From assembly GCA_964580635.1 (NCBI GenBank), contig CAZOMF010000002.1, forward strand, positions 1-35,301: a stretch of 35,301 bases of DNA. The letters run 5' to 3'. This DNA is from an uncultured Dehalococcoidaceae bacterium (lineage in GTDB: Bacteria; Chloroflexota; Dehalococcoidia; Dehalococcoidales; RBG-16-60-22). The notes beneath the pieces are model-generated. The model saw only the letters and a program-made list of their open reading frames with translations. It was not told the DNA's origin and made no database searches. The translations under genes were made by a program, and so were the position numbers. Of this stretch, positions 18,311 to 25,229 are shown in pieces (position 1 is the stretch's first letter; each line of letters opens with the position of its first letter).

Positions 18311-20080
18311 ATGTCCTACCAGATACTGCTCTCGGTGATGAGCCCTGAGACCGGAGTGAAGAAAGCCCCCGGCGCCCCGCCGCCCGGAATGGGTGCGCCG
18401 GCCAAAGGAAAAGCGACCAGGGCCAAACGGCTCGATACGCTGGAAGGCAAGACCGTCTACCTGGTGGATACCGGCTTCGGCGGGGGCTATAACTTCTTCG
18501 TGCAGCTCCAGAAATGGTTCCAGGAGCATATGCCATCCGTCAGGACCGTCCGCAAGCGCAAGCCGGGCAACCTGTTCCGGGACGATAACGACACCCTCTG
18601 GGAGGAGATCAAGCAGAAGGGCGATGCCGCGGTCGTCGGGGTGGCCGGCTGACCGGGCTGCGTGACGGCGGTCGCCGCCAGCCACACCAAGCTCGAACAG
18701 ACCTACGGTGTCCCCGTGGCCCCGCTCTCCACCTACCAGTTCCAGACGGTGGTCCAGGGTAACCCGATGTCTTCCTCGCTGCCCTTCGTGTACACGCCGC
18801 ACCCGGTCATCGGCCTGTCTCCGGAGGCGCTCGACGCCTACATAATCGGCGAGGACCCGGACACCGGGAAGACCGTCATCGACGAGATCATCGATGTCCT
18901 CACAAAACCGGTCGAACGCAACAGCGGGAAACCCGCCGCCTCGGCCTCCGGCGAACCGGCAGCGACCGGGACCACGCTCGGCCCGGACACCGAGGACAAC
19001 CTCCAGCGCCTGTTCTACGAGCGGGGCTGGACGGACGGCCTGCCCGTCATCCTGCCCACCGAGGAGCGCGTCCGGGCGATGCTGAAGGGCACCAGCGCCG
19101 CCCCGGACGAGGTCGTGGCCGAGCAGTTCTCGTTCGCGACGCGGGAGATGATACAGTACACCGTCGAGCACTTCGCGGTCATCGCGGTGATGGCCGGCGC
19201 CCGGCCGGAGTACTTCCCGGTCATCCTCGCCATCGGAGCGACCAAGCAGAGCTCGCTCATGCCCTCCACCACCCCCTTCGAGGCGATGCTGCTCGTTAAC
19301 GGTCCCGTCCGGCGGGAGATCGGCATGAACTGCGGCATCGGCGCCTACAGCGCCGTCAACATGGCCAACGCGGTGCTGGGCCGGGCCTGGACGCTGATGA
19401 GCATCGTCCACGGGTTCGCCAGGCCGCGGTCCACGCTGTGGAGTTCGCAGGGCAACAACCATACCTACAACAATATGTGCGCCGGCGAGAACGAGGAGGC
19501 GAGCGTCTGGGAACCGTTCCACGTTACCAAAGGCTTCACCGCCGAAGAGAGCGTCGTCAGCATTTTCCGGGGCTGGAGCTTCCTCAACAGCACCGGGGCG
19601 GCCTCCAAGCGCTCGCTCGGGGAGGAGCTGAACCTCCAGCTCGCCGTCATGCCGCCCGTTAACTCGTCGTGCACCATCATCATGGACCCGCTCGTGGCGA
19701 AGAACCTGAAGGAGAACGAGGGCTACGCCACGAGGCAGGACTTCACCGGATGGATGTCCGAGAATATCAGGATGCCGAACGGGCAGTTCTGGAAGACGGA
19801 CTACATCGATATGCTCGTCGCCTCCGAGGCGTACAAGGGCGTCGAACCCTACGCGTCCTGGAAAGCGCTCCCGGACGACGCCATGATAGCCCCCTACCAC
19901 AAGCCGGAGAACATCAATATCATCGTCGTGGGCGGCGAGACGAGCCCGCTCTGGAAGGTGGCGGACTACGGCTACTCCGGCAGTTCCTCCGTCGACCGCT
20001 GGCGACCGCTCGCCGCCGACGCGGACTGTCCCGACGGTTCCTGCGGTCTGTCAGACCCCGTGGGCGACTACGACGAGTAG
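18311..20080 (+). CDS. Predicted selenoprotein: U-x-x-C (UPGC) redox module fused to an uncharacterised ~450-aa domain; in-frame TGA at 18650-18652 read as Sec114
   Basis: Track ORFs 18311..18652 and 18662..20080 are in the same frame, separated only by TGA. The sequence across the junction is ...GDAAVVGVAG-U-PGCVTAVAASHTKLEQTYGVPVAPL.... The downstream part has no ATG or SD of its own. The paralog at 23216..24904 has a TGA at the aligned position (...LDTLIVAYGD-U-GSCTKYSLYNAISAEERGIPAVAV...). A hairpin with a GGUC apical loop starts 3 nt after the TGA. Confidence 0.75.
18656..18683 (+). other. Candidate bacterial SECIS hairpin for the TGA at 18650
   Basis: GGCTGCGTGACGGCGGTCGCCGCCAGCC. Lower stem is 18656-18659 with 18680-18683. 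Upper stem is GGC/GCC closing the apical loop GGUC (18670-18673). Further pairs are 18666-18677, 18664-18678 and 18662-18679, leaving a bulged U at 18663. The loop sits about 18-21 nt after the UGA. Confidence 0.4.
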
Positions 20081-20104
20081 GCAGATAGACCGCCGTACCA
20101 CACC

Positions 20105-20138
20105 GGCCCCCGGAAAAAACTCTCCGGGGGCCTTTTGT
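20105..20138 (+). terminator. Intrinsic terminator after selenoprotein gene 1
   Basis: GGCCCCCGGA aaaaactc TCCGGGGGCC followed by TTTTGTT. Confidence 0.85.
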
Positions 20139-20514
20139 TGACATAAGGAAAACACCGGGATGGCTGCGAGGAAAACAGCCGCACTGCTGCCGCGAAACGG
20201 CGAAAACGCGCGCCATTTTTTACCGGAGCGGACTACGCGGTTCGTATGATGCCGCGACAGGCGGGTGCCAGTGGAGCCGGTGATCTCCCGGTCCGGCGTG
20301 ATATCGCTTCAAAGCGAACGTAAAACAGGGCATATTTGAAGCTATTGCACGGGTAAAATCCTGAAGGCCAAACCAGCGGAATATGTAGCCAGTCTACCCG
20401 GTGAATAGTATTCCGGCTGACTCCTACGCTGTGGTATAGTGGCAGTATCTGCTACTGCATTTTTACCGTCGAGACGTGGCGATTTCCGCCAGACCCAACC
20501 CCGGAGGTACGTAC

Positions 20515-20586
20515 ATGCCGCGAGATACGAGCCGGAAAGAACTCCTCAAGAAAGCCCGTATCGTTTCTCATAACCTGAGTATCTAG
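20515..20586 (+). CDS. Possible 23-aa leader/small ORF upstream of the Rieske gene
   Basis: GGAGGT lies 6 nt upstream of the ATG at 20515. MPRDTSRKELLKKARIVSHNLSI, TAG at 20584. The SD is strong, but I see no recognisable family or TM segment. The Rieske gene itself has no obvious SD. Confidence 0.2.
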   Translation: MPRDTSRKELLKKARIVSHNLSI

Positions 20587-20609
20587 ATAGGTTAGTGTAA
20601 AGCCGAAAA

Positions 20610-21101
20610 ATGATGAACTTCAAAAACAATATCACCAGACGAGACTTTCTGAAACGTATCGTTATCGGCGGCGCCGGCGCCGTCGCCGCGGCCATCGCCA
20701 CGCCGCTCATCGGTTCGTTCCTCAGCCCCCTATGGCAGAAGAGCAAAAAACCGGCCATCGCGGTGGCCCATACTGACCAGATACCAGTCGGCACGCCGAC
20801 CTTTGTCCGCTTCGAAGAGCGCGCGCCGGACGGCTGGCTGGTGACGACGGAGAGCCTGGGCGTCTGGATACTCACCCAGGACGGTAAAAACTTTACCCTC
20901 TACGACCCGCACTGCACGCACCTGCGCTGCCCGTTCTACTGGGACGCTCAGAAGAAAACGTTCATGTGCCCGTGCCATGGCGGAGAGTTCGATATCGACG
21001 GCAACGTCATCGCCGGGCCGCCGCCCCGCCCGCTGGACCGCTGGGAGTTTACGATCCAGGACGGTGAAATCATCACGTCAGGGGAGATAATCAAAGGTTA
21101 A
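20610..21101 (+). CDS. Rieske [2Fe-2S] protein of a cytochrome bc-type complex, Tat-exported
   Basis: 163 aa. Twin-arginine motif TRRDFLK followed by a TM helix. Box I is CTHLRCP and box II is CPCHGGEF, including the disulfide cysteines typical of bc1/b6f Rieske proteins. Confidence 0.92.
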   Translation: MMNFKNNITRRDFLKRIVIGGAGAVAAAIATPLIGSFLSPLWQKSKKPAIAVAHTDQIPVGTPTFVRFEERAPDGWLVTTESLGVWILTQDGKNFTLYDPHCTHLRCPFYWDAQKKTFMCPCHGGEFDIDGNVIAGPPPRPLDRWEFTIQDGEIITSGEIIKG

Positions 21102-23129
21102 ATGGCTGAGCAAAAAAACAACGGCTGGGTTGAAGAGCGCCTATCGCTCAAAAAGCCCTGGGGATGGTTCCTAGACCGGAAAGTGCCGCGCACCGGGTGG
21201 GTGTATACCCTCGGCAGCGCTACGATGTTCGTGTTCATCATCCAGGTGATGACGGGCATCTTCCTGATGTTCAACTACTCACCGTCGCCGGACCACGCCT
21301 GGGACAGCATCAATTACATTATGACCAACGTGACCTTCGGCGCGTTCATACGGAGCATGCACTTCTACGCGGCCAGCGCCATGGTCATTCTCGTTATCCT
21401 GCACCTGGTGCGTGTCTTTTTCATGGCGGCCTATAAATACCCGCGCGAGCTCACCTGGGTCGTTGGCGTCGGGCTCCTGCTGCTGGTGCTCGGCTCGTCC
21501 TTTACCGGTTACCTGCTGCCCTGGGACCAGCGGGCTTACTGGGCTACCAACGTCGCCTCCGGCATCGCCGGTGAAACGCCGTTTATCGGTCACTGGGTAC
21601 AGGCCCTCCTCATAGGAGGGTCCCAGATAGGCACGGTGACGCTCACGCGTTTCTTTACCTTCCACGTCATCGTCATCCCGGCGCTGACCGCCGGGCTCAT
21701 CGGTCTCCACCTGATGATGGTGGTGCGCCAGGGCATCTCGGCCTCGCCCCGCAAGATGAAGGGTCAGATGCTGCCCGCCCAGACCGTGAAGGACGCCTAC
21801 GAAGCCGAATACGAAGCCAGCAAGAAGGACGGCGAGTCCTTCTTCCCCGGTACCTTGGCCAAGGATACCATCATGGCACTGGCGGTGGTAGGCGTCATCA
21901 TGCTGCTGGCCGCCCTCTTCCCGCATGTCAGCCAGGCCCCGGCGGACCCCACCAGCACGACCTATAACCCCCGCCCCGAGTGGTACTTCCTCTTCTTCTT
22001 CGAGTTCCTCAAGCTCTTCCCCGGCTCACTGGAGTCGGTGGCCGCGGTCCTGGTGCCCGCGCTCGCCTTCCTGCTGCTGCTGGCAGTGCCGTTCCTGAGC
22101 CGCGGCTTCCGGCGTACCTGGTCGAGCCGCAAGGTTTCCCTCTCCGTCGGCGGAGTGGTCGTGGCCGGGTTGCTCATCTTTGAGGTACTCGGCGCGGCAT
22201 CGGCCCCGGCGCGACCGGAGGTCGGCCTCACCGAGGTCCAGGTACAGGGGCAGCGCGTCTACCAGGAGGTTAACTGCGGCTACTGCCACACCATCAACGG
22301 CATCGGCGGCGCCGTCGGTCCCGACCTCTCCAATATCGCTTCGACGCTCACCCCGGACCAGATAAAAGCCTATCTCAGCAACCCGGACGCGATGGTGCCC
22401 AACACGCTCCATCCCAAGCTTCAGTTCACGCCGGACGAGCTGAACGAGCTGACCGCCTATCTCTCCACTTTGGGCGCGCCGGTAAGCTACAGCGCCCAGG
22501 CCCCGGGTCTCTTCGACAAATATTGCAGCAGCTGCCATGCCGTCAACGGCCAGGGCGGCACCATCGGGCCCGACCTGACCGATGTCGGCAGCCGGCACCC
22601 GCTGACCTTCATCGAATCGTTCATCAGCGATCCCGGTTCCGTGGTTACCGGCGCCAGCATGCCCGCCTTCCACGATAAGCTGACTCAGGACCAGATCAAC
22701 GATATCGCCGGCTATCTCTTCAGTCTCAAGAACAGCGCTGCCACGCCGACACCGACCGCGACAGCCACGACGCCCAGCCCGACGGCGACCACCACCACGA
22801 CGCCGACCATGACGACGACCAGCCATACGGCCACGACCACGCCGAGCCCGACTACTACGACGACCAGCCCCACGGCTACCACCACCACGACGACGGCCGC
22901 GATCGATGCCGCCGGTCTTTACACGCAGTATTGCGCCGGGTGCCACGGGGACAGCCGGCAGGGAGGTATCGGGCCGGCGCTGACGCCATCGATACTGGGC
23001 GGCCAGTCGATTTCGGAGATAACCGGCGTGATCACCCAGGGTAAAGAAAACATGCCGGGTTTCTCCAGTCTGTTAAGCGCCGACCAGATCGACGCCCTGG
23101 CCAACTACATACAGACCTCACAACCCTAA
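21102..23129 (+). CDS. Fused cytochrome b (b6-like) + subunit IV + three monoheme cytochrome c domains
   Basis: 675 aa. The ATG abuts the Rieske TAA. Helix B histidines are SMH-x13-H and helix D histidines are FH-x14-H (b6/Firmicute-type spacing). Qo-site motif PEWYF. Then CGYCH, CSSCH, a Thr/Pro-rich linker and CAGCH, each followed by an MP-type methionine ligand region. Confidence 0.9.
   Translation: MAEQKNNGWVEERLSLKKPWGWFLDRKVPRTGWVYTLGSATMFVFIIQVMTGIFLMFNYSPSPDHAWDSINYIMTNVTFGAFIRSMHFYAASAMVILVILHLVRVFFMAAYKYPRELTWVVGVGLLLLVLGSSFTGYLLPWDQRAYWATNVASGIAGETPFIGHWVQALLIGGSQIGTVTLTRFFTFHVIVIPALTAGLIGLHLMMVVRQGISASPRKMKGQMLPAQTVKDAYEAEYEASKKDGESFFPGTLAKDTIMALAVVGVIMLLAALFPHVSQAPADPTSTTYNPRPEWYFLFFFEFLKLFPGSLESVAAVLVPALAFLLLLAVPFLSRGFRRTWSSRKVSLSVGGVVVAGLLIFEVLGAASAPARPEVGLTEVQVQGQRVYQEVNCGYCHTINGIGGAVGPDLSNIASTLTPDQIKAYLSNPDAMVPNTLHPKLQFTPDELNELTAYLSTLGAPVSYSAQAPGLFDKYCSSCHAVNGQGGTIGPDLTDVGSRHPLTFIESFISDPGSVVTGASMPAFHDKLTQDQINDIAGYLFSLKNSAATPTPTATATTPSPTATTTTTPTMTTTSHTATTTPSPTTTTTSPTATTTTTTAAIDAAGLYTQYCAGCHGDSRQGGIGPALTPSILGGQSISEITGVITQGKENMPGFSSLLSADQIDALANYIQTSQP
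22737..22901 (+). repeat. Thr/Pro/Ala-rich low-complexity linker coding region
   Basis: Encodes AATPTPTATATTPSPTATTTTTPTMTTTSHTATTTPSPTTTTTSPTATTTTTTAA, between the second and third cytochrome c domains. Confidence 0.85.
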
Positions 23130-23154
23130 GGACTGACGTAGAACCTGAATAAAT

Positions 23155-23194
23155 AACCGCCTCCGGGTTTGATCCCGGAGGCGGTTTTCTTTTC
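23155..23194. terminator. Bidirectional intrinsic terminator between convergent genes
   Basis: AACCGCCTCCGGG tttgat CCCGGAGGCGGTT (13-bp stem) followed by TTCTTTTC on the plus strand and TTATTTATTC on the minus strand. Confidence 0.85.
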
Positions 23195-23215
23195 TAGCGG
23201 GCTATCGTTATTTGG

Positions 23216-24904
23216 CTAGTACCGGACGTAATTCGGGACGACGTTCTTGTACTTTTTGACGAGCTTGTCCCAGTTCTGTGGGAACTCTATCTTCTGTATC
23301 TCGGCGCAACCCGGCGTCGGCACGCCGCCCATCGCGTGGGCGATGAACGAGCCTGGCCCGCCGGCCACGAGCACCCGGATCACCCGCGGGTCGCGGACGA
23401 GCGGCAGGGTATCGCCCTCGCGGGCGGTGACGTGCCCCTTGAAGAGCTTGGGTGCGCCCTGTCCCATCGCCCGTCCCCGCTGGGTCGCCGGCAGGCGCTT
23501 GTACTCGCAGATGAAGTCCCGGATGTCCTGCTTGGTCCAGCCGAAGGAGGCCAGCGTCTTGGCGTGGAGCGGCGGGAACATGATGGAGTAGCCGAAGCCC
23601 GGCACGATGTTGTCCAGCACGGACCGCATGATGCCGTCCTCGTCGTTGCTCGGCGGATAGTGCTGGACGTAAGACTGCGGGAAGGTCAGCATGAGGGTGC
23701 TGTCCTCGCGGCTGAAGCCGTACTCGGTGTGGAGCGGTTCCCAGGGGCTCTCCTCCTCGTTCTCCGGCATGACGGCGGTGTACTTCATCGGGTTGCCCAT
23801 GACGCCCATGTCCTCGATGCCCTTGCGGACGCCGCCGAGGTTCTTGATGACGAAGCCCAGCGCCCGTCCGATAGCCGCGTTGGCGATATTACCCGGGCTC
23901 AGCACGCCGGAGCTGCTGTTGAGGTTGATCTGGCCCCGGACGGGCCCGTTGACGGTCCAGAACGGCGCCCAGGAACCGGTGCTGACGCCGAAGGTAGTGA
24001 AGCCCTGGAAACCCATCTCCGAATCGAGCAGCAGCCGCGTCCCGGCCAGGATGACCGGCAGGTGGGTGGGCAGGGCGCCGGCCATGACGGCGTTGACGGC
24101 TACCTTCTCCACCGTCACCTTGCCCAGGCGCGGGATAAGCTTGCCGAGGAGCGTGTCCCGGGCGAGGTCCGTGCCCGTCAGCATCTCGGCGACGCGGTCC
24201 TCGGTCGGGGGGATGATGGGGAAGCCGTCCGTCCAGCCGCGCTGGTAGTAGAAGCGGTTGACGTCGTCGAGGCTGCCCTTGAAGACGAGCCGGCTGACCT
24301 TCTCCGTTTTCGCCGGGGCGGGCGAGCGCTCCGCCTCGGTGAGGGGCGTCACCGCTGCCTTGACGATGGCGTCCACGGCGAGCAGTGTGTTCTGTTCGAT
24401 GACGTCGAGCATGGTGGATTCCGGCGGCACCGTGGTGGGCACGAAGCGCACCCCCGGCATGGCCCGGCTCGAAGCGGCCGAGTGGGCGTCCTCGATGAAG
24501 CCGTCGTTGATGACGGCGACGGCCGGGATGCCGCGCTCTTCCGCGGAAATTGCATTGTACAAACTGTACTTGGTGCAGGACCCTCAGTCGCCGTAGGCGA
24601 CGATGAGGGTGTCGAGACCCTTGAGCCAGTCTTCGAACTTCTCCTTGTTGATGGATTCCGCCTCCGGCGTGTTCATCTGGGTCTCCTGGTACCAGGCGAA
24701 GGTGGCGTCCGGGTAGCGCCGGGAGAGCTCTTTTTCCAGCACGTCGAGCAGCGGCTTGGAGGCGCGTTTCCAGATGTGGTAGAGGCCGATGGTCTTGCCG
24801 GCGAGGTCGGCGGGGCGTTCAACAGTGAGGCCGCGTGGCGCCACCGGGTCGACCTCCGCCCAGGGACTGAGCGTTTCGTACGCGGGGGATGCGTTCTGTG
24901 GCAT
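23216..24904 (-). CDS. Predicted selenoprotein paralog: U-x-x-C (UGSC) module fused to the same uncharacterised domain; in-frame TGA at 24586-24584 read as Sec107
   Basis: Track ORFs 24584..24967 and 23216..24562 share a frame and are separated only by TGA. The true start is probably ATG at 24904 (MPQNASPAYETL), with GGAGGT 4 nt upstream. Blocks shared with the 18311 gene: GKT(V/I), D-x8-U-x-x-C, G(V/I)P(V/A), (Y/F)Y(E/Q)RGWTDG(L/F)P(V/I)I(L/P)PTE(E/D)RV, AV(I/N)AVMAGA, NGPVR, ENEE.S.WEP(F/L)H. Confidence 0.75.
24551..24577 (-). other. Weak candidate SECIS hairpin for the TGA at 24586
   Basis: On the minus strand: UGCA CCAA GUAC aguuu GUAC AA UGCA. Two 4-bp stems with an internal loop, starting 6 nt after the UGA. 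This stretch is unusually AT-rich for coding sequence here. There is no GGUC loop, so support is weak. Confidence 0.3.
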
Positions 24905-25059
24905 ACTTACCTCCTGATACGGGTTTGCGCAGCGTTCGCCCCGACACGCGGGGCGGCGCCTGTCCATTCATCATATACGATACGCAAGCGCACCGCCACC
25001 ATGCGTTGCCGTTATTCCGCGTTGTGAAACACACGCACGGAGCACGCGTTTTTTCGTAA

Positions 25060-25075
25060 TGTGACATAGTTCACA
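25060..25075. promoter_or_regulatory. Perfect TGTGA-N6-TCACA palindrome (CRP/FNR-family-type site)
   Basis: TGTGA catagt TCACA, in the divergent intergenic region between selenoprotein gene 2 (start 24904, minus) and the NrfD-like gene (start 25230, plus). The centre is about 70 nt upstream of the transcription start predicted from TATAAT at 25125. Confidence 0.45.
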
Positions 25076-25101
25076 GACTTGATTGCTCAAATGATGTATC
25101 A

Positions 25102-25130
25102 TGGAAATGTAAGGTTAAGTATCGTATAAT
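25102..25130 (+). promoter_or_regulatory. Candidate promoter of the NrfD-like gene
   Basis: TGGAAA (25102-25107), a 17-nt spacer, then TATAAT (25125-25130). Two GCGTAACG direct repeats (25156-25163 and 25182-25189) lie in the predicted leader. Confidence 0.35.
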
Positions 25131-25229
25131 AAATAAAGCATTGAAACGCTAATATGCGTAACGATTATTAGAAAACACTGCGCGTAACGTAATCAAGCAA
25201 CCCCCGGACCGGAAGGAGTACCTGCCCCG

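Noticed and set aside
18100-18348. In-frame TAG between the decaheme gene and ORF 18136..18348 (possible read-through or pyrrolysine)
   Set aside because: A 12-bp-stem terminator and then a full promoter lie inside the supposed extension. The downstream translation has no protein-like features.
18197-19900. 567-aa minus-strand ORF, and the analogous 563-aa plus-strand ORF at 23336..25027
   Set aside because: They are antisense to the two paralogous selenoprotein genes. Their translations are R/G/H/D/P-rich and do not resemble each other beyond what complementarity imposes. They also run across promoter and terminator elements.
20221-20330. Possible tRNA-Sec or other tRNA (CTTCAAA loop at about 20298; GGTTCGTAT at about 20239)
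   Set aside because: The TCA-containing hairpin has only a 4-bp stem and a 6-nt loop. The T-arm-like element has an 11-nt loop. No acceptor stem or cloverleaf can be drawn.
21099-21104. Rieske and cytochrome b ORFs being in the same frame (possible fusion)
   Set aside because: They are separated by a TAA that directly abuts an ATG. This is ordinary translational coupling, not recoding.
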